The notes under the pieces are model-generated. The model saw only the letters and a list, made by a program, of their open reading frames with translations. It was not told the origin of the DNA and made no database searches. A program made the position numbers and the translations under genes. A stretch of DNA of 41,822 bases from Candidatus Micrarchaeota archaeon. GTDB lineage: Archaea; Micrarchaeota; Micrarchaeia; Anstonellales; Bilamarchaeaceae. Positions 16,339 through 25,692 of the stretch are shown here, in pieces. Numbering within the stretch: position 1 is the first letter of the stretch; each line of letters starts with the position of its first letter. Location: contig JAGVWJ010000006.1 in assembly GCA_018304385.1 (NCBI GenBank), positions 1 to 41,822 on the forward strand, read 5' to 3'.

Positions 16339-17379
16339 TTAAGTTTTAATCTTCCTTCTAAATTTAATATAAGTAGAGTAATCAACATACTGTTTTCTCA
16401 TAACGTAATCCTTTACCATAGGCGCTAGTTCTCGTTTTTCATCTATTCTATCGGTTACTGTTAGAGAGAACGCATCGCTTCCAGCTCCGCTTCCATAAGA
16501 AACACATAATATTTTTTGCCCAGCCTTTGCCTCATCTAATATTGCTGCAAGTCCGATCATGCTTGCACCTGAATAAGTATTTCCAATAGTTGGTGTAAGC
16601 AATCCAGCTTTCATCTTTTCAGGTGCAATACCTAACTTTTTCCCAACCTCTAATGGAAACTTTGCATTGGGCTGATGGAATACAACATAATCAAAATCAT
16701 TTGCTTTCATTCCGCACTTCTGCATTAATCCTTCTGTTGCACCTAGTACATGTTTAAAATAAGCAGGACCGCCAGTAAATCTACCACCATGTGAGGGATA
16801 CTCACTTCCTTGCCTGCGCCAGAAATCAGGTGTATCTGTTGTATATGAAAAAGTACATTCAATATTAGCAATAGACTCTGTATTCTTTCCAATAATAAAT
16901 GCAGCCGCGCCACTGCCAGCGCTATATTCTAATGCATCTCCTGGTCTTCCTTGTGCAGTATCTGCACCAATTGTTATTCCATATTCAATAATATTGCTAT
17001 CTACCATACCCATGAGCATTTGTATTCCAGCAGTGCCTGCTTTGCATGCAAATTCTAAATCTGCTGCCGTGGTATTAGGCGTCGCACCTATTGCCTCTGC
17101 AACAATGGTAGCAGTAGGCTTGACAGCATAAGGATGCGATTCGCTTCCAACATAAACCGCACCGATCTTTTTTGGATTGATTTTAGCTCGAGCAAGCGCA
17201 TTTCTTGCAGCTTCTACACTAAGCGTTGCTGCATCCTCATCTACTCCACCAACTGCCTTTTCTAGAATGCCCAATCCTTTTTCTATGCGTTCGGTTTCTT
17301 CGCCCCAAACGCGTGCTATCTCTGCGGTTTTAATTCTATAAGTAGGAACGTAAGCTCCATAACCTACAATACCGGACAT
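16339..17379 (-). CDS. hydroxymethylglutaryl-CoA synthase (archaeal)
   Basis: [13 protein letters not shown] (catalytic Cys), FHQPN, IGNTYSG and SYGSGAGSD motifs. Confidence 0.95.
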   Translation of the reverse strand: MSGIVGYGAYVPTYRIKTAEIARVWGEETERIEKGLGILEKAVGGVDEDAATLSVEAARNALARAKINPKKIGAVYVGSESHPYAVKPTATIVAEAIGATPNTTAADLEFACKAGTAGIQMLMGMVDSNIIEYGITIGADTAQGRPGDALEYSAGSGAAAFIIGKNTESIANIECTFSYTTDTPDFWRRQGSEYPSHGGRFTGGPAYFKHVLGATEGLMQKCGMKANDFDYVVFHQPNAKFPLEVGKKLGIAPEKMKAGLLTPTIGNTYSGASMIGLAAILDEAKAGQKILCVSYGSGAGSDAFSLTVTDRIDEKRELAPMVKDYVMRKQYVDYSTYIKFRRKIKT

Positions 17380-17490
17380 AAATATCACTCTCGTTAATTA
17401 GTAAAGTTATATATGTTATTTGGCTTTTAAAACTACGCTTTTTAGCGCATTAATTACGTCAATTGCCTGTAAAATAAAAAAAAGAAAAAA

Positions 17491-18270
17491 TTATACTGGA
17501 GGCGGTGCTGCAGGTGCTTGTGGTTTTCTACTTAAGAAGAACCATAGTAGCGCAAGTACGATTACTATTACCACTACCGCACCAATTATTAGCATCATAT
17601 TGCTGCCAGCTTCAGATTCTACTACGAGCGGTGCTGAGTCTGCTAATACCTCAACTAAATTGAATATTGCCTTGTTGCCATCTTTTTTTGCCTCATAACT
17701 ACCAGCTGTTGCCTTTGTTACTGTGCCGGGCATTTCAACAACGTATGTCATATTTATCTGAAATGCTTTGTTTTGGCTCATTTGATCTGCTGTTTGCTTG
17801 TTTTTTACTTTATCACTGAAGTCTAAATCCTGAGCTGGTCCACCACCAAGTCCACCACCTAGTGCGCCTCCAGAATCTGCACCAGCTTTCATATATAAAT
17901 CTGCAGGTAATTTATTCACTGTTAATATCTGTTTATTATCTTTAGATTCAAATGTATAAAATCCATCTTCAGCCTTAAATGATTTTTTAAGTGTCCAGAC
18001 ATTATTCTCAACCTTACATTCCACGCCTTCTTTAAGTTGTGCTTGCACGCTTGCGCATAATAATGCAAGTTGTTGTGATGGATCTGGTTGTCCACTGCCA
18101 CTGCCAGCTGCACCACCAAATCCTTTCATAGCACTAATATACCCAGTCAAGTCAATTTGTTGTTCTAATGTAGAACTTCCATCACCATTTACCTTATGAT
18201 AATAAGTTATACTTATGCATCCAGCTAAAAATACCAAAATGACAAGTCCAAACAATAGTAATTTTCTCAT
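17491..18270 (-). CDS. LppM/DUF3153-like lipoprotein with C-terminal TM anchor
   Basis: Lipobox FLAGC, then KVNGDGS; YVVEMPGTV motif; C-terminal TM helix. Confidence 0.7.
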   Translation of the reverse strand: MRKLLLFGLVILVFLAGCISITYYHKVNGDGSSTLEQQIDLTGYISAMKGFGGAAGSGSGQPDPSQQLALLCASVQAQLKEGVECKVENNVWTLKKSFKAEDGFYTFESKDNKQILTVNKLPADLYMKAGADSGGALGGGLGGGPAQDLDFSDKVKNKQTADQMSQNKAFQINMTYVVEMPGTVTKATAGSYEAKKDGNKAIFNLVEVLADSAPLVVESEAGSNMMLIIGAVVVIVIVLALLWFFLSRKPQAPAAPPPV

Positions 18271-18346
18271 TATATCATCCTCATTTAATTTATCCTGAAT
18301 GGTTTATTATAATAATGTTTAAAAATCCAACATAATAATAAAAATT

Positions 18347-19516
18347 TCAATGTTTCTTCATAAACGCTTCTATACGATCAAGCGCCTCACCTAAACGCTG
18401 CAAGCTAGGCAAAAATACAACCCTAAAAAACATCCTATCTGGCATGGTGCTAGTAAATCCAGTGCCAGGTACAACTACTACACCTTCATGCAATAGCGCT
18501 CGTACAAATGCCCAATCACTTTTCCATTTTTTGTGTGTATGATTTTCTATCTCTACAAATGCATAAAACGTTCCTTTTGGCTTTACCATTTTTAACCCAT
18601 CTATTTCTTTTATTCTCTTATCTAGTAAATCGCAGCGCTTCTTTAGTTCGCTATTGAATTCTCCAACATGTTTGTTATTTCCACGCAGCGCAGCTATGCC
18701 AGCACGCTGCATTTCCCAGTTTACGCTTAATCTTTGGTTGCATAATCTTTGAATTGCATCCTTTATCTTATCCCAACGGTGTCCATGGAACGCCAGATAA
18801 CCAACGCGCGCTCCTGGATAAATATAATTCTTAGAAATAGAGTTTCCGCTTACTAATGGCACGTCTTTGCAAAGCTCGCGCAGATTCACACTCTCTCCTT
18901 CAAAAACCAAAAGTTCATACGCATCATCTGCAATAATTGGAAGCCCATGCTCACCAGCAATGTCAACAATTTCTTTAAGCGTTTTTCTAGAATATACTGC
19001 GCCAGTCGGATTATTAGGTGAAATAACCAATATTGCCTTTGTATATTTGTTTATTTTTCTGCGTAGATCGTGCGTATCAGGTTCCCAGTTTTCATCAGAT
19101 TCGTAAAATAATTCGCTACCAAAGCTAACACGCTGCTTGGTTAAATAGAGTGGATAAGTAGGAGATGGTAAAATAATATTTCTGCCGGGATCAACCATTG
19201 CCTGAAATAGGAAGTCTATTCCTTCGCTTAAGCCAGCGCAAATAAAAACATCTTCTGGCTGTACGCCTTCATATTCTGCAACTGCTTTTTTAAGGTCAGG
19301 ATCACCCTCACTTGGTGCATAACCAGAGTAATTATGCGCTAATGCCTCCTTTGCAGCATCTAAAATGTGCTGCGGTGGTCTAAATCCATATGGCCCAGGA
19401 TCACCTATATTAAGATATATCATGTCCTTTCCTTGTTTTTCTAAGATCTTAGCTTCCTGTACAATATCTCGTATTGGGTAACTAACTAAATCACTTTTTC
19501 TAGATGGTTCTATCAT
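18347..19516 (-). CDS. class I/II PLP-dependent aminotransferase (alanine aminotransferase-like)
   Basis: YLNIGDP, ISPNNPTG, DDAY and SISKNYIYPGARVG (PLP lysine). Confidence 0.9.
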   Translation of the reverse strand: MIEPSRKSDLVSYPIRDIVQEAKILEKQGKDMIYLNIGDPGPYGFRPPQHILDAAKEALAHNYSGYAPSEGDPDLKKAVAEYEGVQPEDVFICAGLSEGIDFLFQAMVDPGRNIILPSPTYPLYLTKQRVSFGSELFYESDENWEPDTHDLRRKINKYTKAILVISPNNPTGAVYSRKTLKEIVDIAGEHGLPIIADDAYELLVFEGESVNLRELCKDVPLVSGNSISKNYIYPGARVGYLAFHGHRWDKIKDAIQRLCNQRLSVNWEMQRAGIAALRGNNKHVGEFNSELKKRCDLLDKRIKEIDGLKMVKPKGTFYAFVEIENHTHKKWKSDWAFVRALLHEGVVVVPGTGFTSTMPDRMFFRVVFLPSLQRLGEALDRIEAFMKKH

Positions 19517-19568
19517 TTAATCACCAACAAAAATAGTAATATCATTCCAGTCAAAAGGGTTTTTATTA

Positions 19569-19919
19569 CTAGTGTTTTTTCTTAGCAATTGTCACCATAA
19601 CTTTTTTTGGTTCATTGCCTACAACTACAATCCGTTCAGTGCTAATTATTTCTTCTACTTCTTCATCACAGTTTGTAACATCATCAATAAATATACAAAG
19701 ATTCGTTAGTTCGCCAATGCGCTTTATATCGTTTTCATATTTATTAGAATCAATTCCATTTCTCAAATAAACCACGCGCCAAACATCATTTGCTAGCTGG
19801 TATTTGTATAAAGAATCATCTACTCCACGCGCGTGCTGTTCGCTTGCAACAAATGATACGAATGAAACAAGGAACAATAGCGAAATAATTGCCTCAAGTG
19901 TCTGCATTCTATTCACCAC
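19569..19919 (-). CDS. pilin-like protein
   Basis: N-terminal NR-MQTLE followed by a hydrophobic helix (E at +5); last gene of the pilin-like cluster. Confidence 0.55.
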   Translation of the reverse strand: MVNRMQTLEAIISLLFLVSFVSFVASEQHARGVDDSLYKYQLANDVWRVVYLRNGIDSNKYENDIKRIGELTNLCIFIDDVTNCDEEVEEIISTERIVVVGNEPKKVMVTIAKKKH

Positions 19920-20298
19920 ATATAAATAATTGTCTTATCTCTTTATCTTCGCCAAAAACAACAATTCGATAAATGCAATTTTTTCCATCAGGCTGCCAGC
20001 CAACATGTAATTCAGTTAGTCCCATGCTTTTCTTTAATTCATCTGCATTTACTTTTGCCAGTTCATTTTCGTCTATCCAGTTTGGTTTTACGCTATCTGT
20101 TTTCTTTGCAGCTAAGTCGTTCACAACAAGTTCGCTAACAGATACCAATTTATTATGCAATATTTGCGAGTGCAATTCATTCTGATTTTTCTCGCTTATA
20201 AAGTTCGCATAACTAATTAGATAAATTGCAATAAGTAATATTGGTATAAAACTTAGCATTGTATCAAATGACAAAAACCCTTTATATGTGCTGCGCAT
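19909..20298 (-). CDS. pilin-like protein (class III signal peptide)
   Basis: MRSTYKG/FLSFD followed by a hydrophobic helix. Confidence 0.7.
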   Translation of the reverse strand: MRSTYKGFLSFDTMLSFIPILLIAIYLISYANFISEKNQNELHSQILHNKLVSVSELVVNDLAAKKTDSVKPNWIDENELAKVNADELKKSMGLTELHVGWQPDGKNCIYRIVVFGEDKEIRQLFICGE

Positions 20299-20599
20299 TG
20301 CTTTCACGTCTATTAAAAATAGTATTAGCAACTATTGTTTTTCCATCATGTTCAATAATAACAAGATCATTTTCGATTCTATAATTATAATCGCCAATTT
20401 TAATGGCTTTATAGTTTCCAATACTAGCAAGCATATCAATTGTTCTTGCGATCTGCTCTGCTTTGATTGTTTCACTTATTATTTCTTCCTGATTTTTTGC
20501 CTTTTCATAAAAATTTATCAAGATAAGTGACATTGAGCTGATTATTGCAAGAATTATTAGAAAATTAAATAAAAACTCTAGGCTTATCTGCGCGCGCAT
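20282..20599 (-). CDS. pilin-like protein (class III signal peptide)
   Basis: Canonical MRA/QISLEF followed by a hydrophobic helix. Confidence 0.8.
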   Translation of the reverse strand: MRAQISLEFLFNFLIILAIISSMSLILINFYEKAKNQEEIISETIKAEQIARTIDMLASIGNYKAIKIGDYNYRIENDLVIIEHDGKTIVANTIFNRRESNAQHI

Positions 20600-21195
20600 T
20601 ATCTTACCTCGCTGGCTGGTATATAAGATACTGAAGCCATTTCAAATGAATAAATAGAAATACCAATTACCCCATTATCTAGTGATTCTTTCCAAAATTG
20701 GACAGTAGCGGAGCCATCTGCGTTTTCCCTATCTATACTCGCGTCAACTTGAATAAATTCCGCGCATGCAATATTTTCTATTTCAAAACATTCATTGCAA
20801 GTCAGGCTATTCCTTTCTTTAAGCATTTTATCTCTTAGATTTCTTAATTCTGTTTCATCAACAAACCCGCACCATATTTTAAAATCAAACGTATCATCTT
20901 TAAGATTAGCAAGTTTTTTGATTTCATCATGCGCTCGCAGTCTTGCCATTGCCTTGGCCTCGTTAATATTTGGCGGTTTTCCAATTGCAACATTTTCTTT
21001 AATGTAGTCCTTAACTGCGCGTTCTGCACCAATTTTTGCTAGATCTAATGCAGTATTTTTTATATCTAATTCTAGCGAGTGCATTCTCTTGAGTTGAATC
21101 GCTTTAGAGTAATTAGTTGAAATATTAACTGAAAGTAAAACTATGATAATTGCAATGCTTAAGAAAACTAGTATAAAAGAGACAAAGGCGCGCAG
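20599..21195 (-). CDS. pilin-like protein, probable CTG start
   Basis: The frame stays open 37 codons upstream of the track ATG 21084 and gives (M)RA/FVSFILVFLSIAIII. The CTG at 21195 lies 7 nt behind a GAGGT SD. Confidence 0.65.
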   Translation of the reverse strand: MRAFVSFILVFLSIAIIIVLLSVNISTNYSKAIQLKRMHSLELDIKNTALDLAKIGAERAVKDYIKENVAIGKPPNINEAKAMARLRAHDEIKKLANLKDDTFDFKIWCGFVDETELRNLRDKMLKERNSLTCNECFEIENIACAEFIQVDASIDRENADGSATVQFWKESLDNGVIGISIYSFEMASVSYIPASEVR

Positions 21196-21207
21196 CTGTA
21201 TTACCTC

Positions 21208-21828
21208 TTAGTTTATTGTAAAAGAATTAATTATCTCATCTACTTTATTCATATAATTATCAAAGTTTTTCTCCTCACTTGTAAATGTAAGTATATACGC
21301 AGTATTATCCTTTAACATATATACCTGCATCTGCTTGATGCTTATCTCATTTTTTGTTCTTGGCGAGAAGATTACTTTATAAGAAACAATGCCATTTATT
21401 TCTACTGTGTCCTCACCCTCGCTTTTTATCCCTAACTTTTTCTCGATATCTTCTATATTCTTTATTGCATAATCTTGTACTTGCACATTTGTTGTTAAGT
21501 CTTCTATGCCAATAGCAATATTCTCTCTAAAACTATCGTTCTCATCTTCAAAAGTTGCTACTATCACAATCTTTGCACTTGTATTTGTTTCTATAAGCTC
21601 CCAATTCTTAGGATAAGTCACAGTAAATCCATAATTAGTATAAATGATACTATCATTAGTTTCAACTACTTTTCTCTCGATTGGTTTTTTTGGTAATTCT
21701 GGTTGTATTAATACTATGTTCTGATTTTTTACTTCTGGCATTTTTGTTTCGTTAGTTATTGCCTTATCACTAGAGTTACAACCAAACAATAGAGCAAAAA
21801 TTATTAGAAATAGGCTAATATTTTTCAT
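21208..21828 (-). CDS. PsbP/DUF1795-like lipoprotein
   Basis: Lipobox LLFGC; GFTVTYPKNWE and AYILTFTS motifs. Confidence 0.75.
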   Translation of the reverse strand: MKNISLFLIIFALLFGCNSSDKAITNETKMPEVKNQNIVLIQPELPKKPIERKVVETNDSIIYTNYGFTVTYPKNWELIETNTSAKIVIVATFEDENDSFRENIAIGIEDLTTNVQVQDYAIKNIEDIEKKLGIKSEGEDTVEINGIVSYKVIFSPRTKNEISIKQMQVYMLKDNTAYILTFTSEEKNFDNYMNKVDEIINSFTIN

Positions 21829-22007
21829 TATTTTACCTTTACTGCATAGCTACCTATGGTATTTAGCTCTGCCAGCTTTGCGATCTCAGATTTCTCAGGA
21901 TCTAAAACAATTATGGCACCAGAGAATTTTTCAGATAGCTCGCCTTGGCATTTAGGGCATATTTTTTCTATTTGAACGATAAATCTACAATTTTTACACG
22001 CCTTCAT
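21828..22007 (-). CDS. spt4: transcription elongation factor Spt4 (RpoE'')
   Basis: KACKNCR...CPKCQ zinc ribbon and FSGAIIVLDPEKSEIAK; downstream of rpoE1. Confidence 0.93.
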   Translation of the reverse strand: MKACKNCRFIVQIEKICPKCQGELSEKFSGAIIVLDPEKSEIAKLAELNTIGSYAVKVK

Positions 22008-22166
22008 ACTATGCACCTCTTATGGTTTCTCTTTCTTATATATACGTCGTACTACTCATGTTCCCTATAGGGACGTGGGCTAATATTTTTCTTTTGCCAC
22101 GTCGGCAGTTCGATGTCTTACTTATGTAAATGAAACACAATCTGCCCATAGCTCAAGGCAATAGCT

Positions 22167-22772
22167 TTACTTTTTATCTTCTTTCTTTTCAGTCTTTTTC
22201 TCTACAGCCTTTTCTGCGAGCTTTTTAGCTCTCTTTTCTTTTTCTTCTAACCATTCTGTCTTACCTAGACCATCTGGCCTCATTGTTAATCCTATCTTTG
22301 TTTCTGCAGTTGTTCCTTTAAGGCTAACAGTTGAAACCTTTACCAGCACTTTATCCCCTTTTTTCAATGTTTTCTTTTCCTCTCTGGAAATCAAATGCTT
22401 TCCTTTTTTATCATAAAAGAACTTATCTCTAGATATCTGCGAAACGTGTAATAGTCCTTGCAACGGCCCAACACTTGCAAATGCGCCAAACTCAACTATC
22501 TCTTTTATGTCAGCCTCATAAACCTCATTAACATATGGCATAAATGTGGTTGCATCAAAGTTCACTTTATAATAAGCACCACTATCCCCTGGGATGACTA
22601 TGCCCTCGCTTACTATTTTTGGGTTATCCACAATCAAAATAAGTCCAATATCCTTGAATATTCTTCGTTCAAATTTTTCTCTTAAAATATTAAGTACTGC
22701 ATCTTCAATATCACTTCCAAATAGATTCGGTGGTACTCGTATTTTATCCTCAATAGTTTTTAGATAGTACAT
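22167..22772 (-). CDS. rpoE1: DNA-directed RNA polymerase subunit E' (Rpo7)
   Basis: IRVPP, IVIPGDSGAYY, FGAFASVGPLQGLLHVSQI (S1 domain) and KIGLTMR motifs. Confidence 0.96.
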   Translation of the reverse strand: MYYLKTIEDKIRVPPNLFGSDIEDAVLNILREKFERRIFKDIGLILIVDNPKIVSEGIVIPGDSGAYYKVNFDATTFMPYVNEVYEADIKEIVEFGAFASVGPLQGLLHVSQISRDKFFYDKKGKHLISREEKKTLKKGDKVLVKVSTVSLKGTTAETKIGLTMRPDGLGKTEWLEEKEKRAKKLAEKAVEKKTEKKEDKK

Positions 22773-22919
22773 AATTTCATTCCTCATTTTGCGCATTTAT
22801 TATAAGTTGAAACTGCGTCATTCGCTTGCTGCTTTTGCAGGGCGAGTCTAGCTCTCGCGCTTAAGAGCAGAATTACTATGTAGAGAAAGGTTAAAATACA
22901 TTCCCCTCACGATTTTTCT

Positions 22920-23528
22920 ATGAAACTTTTAGTAATCCTATTTGTTGCATTGCTTGTCTTTGGTTGCAACGGTGAAAAAGTGAAGGACGAAACACCTGCA
23001 CTGCCAGGGGGCTCGCCCCCTAGCGCAACCCCCGCGCCATCTCCGGCGCCTACACCCACACCGCAGCCCACTTCAGTTCCTTCTTCAACTCAAAAAACAA
23101 TAAGCAAGATATCATTAGGTAGCTATTTTGGTCAGTGCGCTGGATATTGCATTACTTCATTGCAAATAACCAAAGACAATGTTTTCTATAAAAAGATTGG
23201 TATCCCAGACCCAGAAGCGCGTCAGCTTATTCCAGAATTAAATGCAACGATTGCTCTTAGCGAAAGCGAGTGGAACGAGCTGATCTTATTAATTGATATT
23301 GATAAATTGGAAAATTTACCCGATACAATTGGTTGCCCAGATTGTGTTGACCAAGGTGCGCAGACCTTGGAGGTTGCGTATAATTCAAAGAAAAAAAGTG
23401 TAAGTTTTTCATACATGGACAAACCAAAAGAACTAGTTGATCTCTTAACGAAACTTACAGAAATAAGGGAGAAGATGGAAGCTAAGCTTGGTGAGGGGAC
23501 AGAAGGTATCATAAAGACTTCGGAATAA
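22920..23528 (+). CDS. lipobox protein with Pro-rich linker and Cys-motif domain
   Basis: LVFGC lipobox, PSATP linker, FGQCAGYC and IGCPDC motifs. Confidence 0.75.
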   Translation: MKLLVILFVALLVFGCNGEKVKDETPALPGGSPPSATPAPSPAPTPTPQPTSVPSSTQKTISKISLGSYFGQCAGYCITSLQITKDNVFYKKIGIPDPEARQLIPELNATIALSESEWNELILLIDIDKLENLPDTIGCPDCVDQGAQTLEVAYNSKKKSVSFSYMDKPKELVDLLTKLTEIREKMEAKLGEGTEGIIKTSE

Positions 23529-23562
23529 TTCTATTTCTTGTATAGCTTAAACAGTTGATTAT

Positions 23563-25035
23563 ATGCCCGAACTCTACGAACGAATATTTGAATTAGCATT
23601 AAACAGAAGTTTCTTCTTTCCGAGTAATGAGCCTTATGGTAGTGTAAGCGGTTTCTATGATTATGGCCCAGTTGGTAAGCTGATTAAAAATAACATAGAA
23701 AACCTTTGGCGTAAGATGTTTATAAGAGAGGAAGGCAGCCATGAGGTTGAAACCGCGATCATCACACCAGAAATCGTGCTTAAGGCTTCTGGGCACGTAG
23801 ATAGCTTTGCAGATCCAATAGTTGAATGTAAACTATGTAAGATGCGCTATCGAGCTGATAGTATTGTGGAAAGCAAAGTTAAGGGATTCAAGTGGGACGG
23901 AAAACTTGCTAGCTTGGACGATGCAATAAGCGAGAACGGTATTCGATGCAATTGTAAAGGCGAGCTAACTAATGCAAGAATGTTCAATCTAATGTTCAAA
24001 ACAGAGATAGGTGGAGATGCAACACCAGCATATGGTAGGCCAGAGACAGCACAAGGAATATTTACTGCATTTCCCAGATTATTTCGTAATCATGGATCAA
24101 AACTGCCACTTGCTGTTGCGCAAATCGGCAAAAGCTTCAGAAATGAAATCTCTCCACGTAAGAGCTTGGTGCGCATGCGCGAATTTACACAAATGGAATT
24201 AGAATATTTCTTCAACCCAAGTAATCACAGTATAAGTGGATTTGAAAACATTGCAAACACAAAAATGCGATTTAAGATAAACGATAAAATTGTTTTAAAG
24301 ACTGCTAGCGAGGCTGTTAAAGAAAAAATAGTTCCAAATGAAATATTTGCATATTTTTTAGCAAGAGAATGGCAGTTCTATAAGCTATGCGGTCTGGATG
24401 AACAAAGAATGTATTTCCGCTTATTGCGCGATGATGAACGACCGCATTATTCAAAATGCAATGTTGATTTAGAAGTAGAAACATCGCACGGAGCAATTGA
24501 AATAAATGGAAACGCGTATCGTACAGATTTTGATTTATCACAGCATGCTAAATTTAGCAAACAGGATTTGTCTGTTTTTATTGAAGAGGAGAAGAAAAAG
24601 ATCATACCGCATGTTTTTGAGGCATCGCTTGGTGTAGATAGATTATTTTTTTGTATATTAGAACATACGTTTCGCGAGCAGAGCGAAGGGAAAAACTGGG
24701 AATGGTTTGACTTTTCGCCCCTAATCGCTCCCTACGAATTTGCAATTTTTCCATTAATGAAAAAGGATGGGTTAGCTGATAAAGCGCGTGAGATTTACAA
24801 TTCGCTAAAAGGCGAGTTTAATATATTTTATCAAGAAAGTGGAAGCATTGGAAAGAGATATGCACGTGCAGATGAAATTGGATGCGTTTATGCGTGCACA
24901 GTTGATTATGATACGCTAAAAGATGATGCTGTTACCATCCGCTATCGCAATGATGGAAAACAGGAAAGAATAAAAATAAATGAGATCGCTCATCTGATTT
25001 ACAAAAACCAAAAAAATGGAAGAGTGAATCTATGA
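23563..25035 (+). CDS. glyS: glycyl-tRNA synthetase (archaeal/eukaryal alpha2 type)
   Basis: FYDYGPVG, RPETAQGIF, FRNEISPR, REFTQMELEYF and IGKRYARADEIG motifs. Confidence 0.96.
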   Translation: MPELYERIFELALNRSFFFPSNEPYGSVSGFYDYGPVGKLIKNNIENLWRKMFIREEGSHEVETAIITPEIVLKASGHVDSFADPIVECKLCKMRYRADSIVESKVKGFKWDGKLASLDDAISENGIRCNCKGELTNARMFNLMFKTEIGGDATPAYGRPETAQGIFTAFPRLFRNHGSKLPLAVAQIGKSFRNEISPRKSLVRMREFTQMELEYFFNPSNHSISGFENIANTKMRFKINDKIVLKTASEAVKEKIVPNEIFAYFLAREWQFYKLCGLDEQRMYFRLLRDDERPHYSKCNVDLEVETSHGAIEINGNAYRTDFDLSQHAKFSKQDLSVFIEEEKKKIIPHVFEASLGVDRLFFCILEHTFREQSEGKNWEWFDFSPLIAPYEFAIFPLMKKDGLADKAREIYNSLKGEFNIFYQESGSIGKRYARADEIGCVYACTVDYDTLKDDAVTIRYRNDGKQERIKINEIAHLIYKNQKNGRVNL

Positions 25036-25643
25036 GTTTATCCCCTCAATTTTATGTTCAAGTTACTGCAATACTTCGTTCTCGTAGATTGGTGTTTCCT
25101 CCTGAAAAAGATGCACACGTTAAAATAGTTGCTGGTAGCATGGCGCGCGCTCAAGGTGAAAACGCAGCATTGCAGAAGATACGAACAGTAAGTAGTATAG
25201 ATGAGGTCGATGAGGCTTGGTCATCCATTCGTTCTACTGCGCTACAAGTTGAGGATATTCAAAGAGAAACAAAGTCAGATCAACCACCAGCTACTCCAAA
25301 AATTAGAAGAGCAAAGCCTAGAAAAACTCACAAACCAAGGCAAATGTCAGCTGAGAGAATGCTTAATGTTCTTTCTCTTAAGGGAAGTGATCCAAAAAAT
25401 CAGGAGTTAAAAAGGCAAGTATTGGTTCAGCTTAGAAGAGAATTTGCATGGATGAGGCGGGTAGAGCCAGACGCGCATAAAATGCTGCGTATGTTGGAAT
25501 TGCGTTATTTAAGTCCAAAAGGAATTCAGGATCATACTGAAGTAGCTCGTGCCATAAGATTAAGCGAGACAAATGTTCGGTTGTTAGAACTTGAGGGGTT
25601 TGAACTTTTGAAAGGTTATTTAGGGACAGCAAAAGCAGCTTAG
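25032..25643 (+). CDS. hypothetical protein with C-terminal sigma-70 region-4-like HTH
   Basis: MLELRY...HTEVARAIRLSETNVRLLELEGFELLK matches the region 4.2 pattern by eye; ATGA overlap with glyS. Confidence 0.6.
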   Translation: MSLSPQFYVQVTAILRSRRLVFPPEKDAHVKIVAGSMARAQGENAALQKIRTVSSIDEVDEAWSSIRSTALQVEDIQRETKSDQPPATPKIRRAKPRKTHKPRQMSAERMLNVLSLKGSDPKNQELKRQVLVQLRREFAWMRRVEPDAHKMLRMLELRYLSPKGIQDHTEVARAIRLSETNVRLLELEGFELLKGYLGTAKAA

Positions 25644-25692
25644 TTGCAGAGATATTATATAATTTAAAAAACCATAGCTCTAATTTAAGTAT

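Noticed and set aside
22817-22870. Overlapping hairpins upstream of rpoE1 as an ncRNA
   Set aside because: Imperfect stems only, with no second copy or family resemblance; too weak to call.
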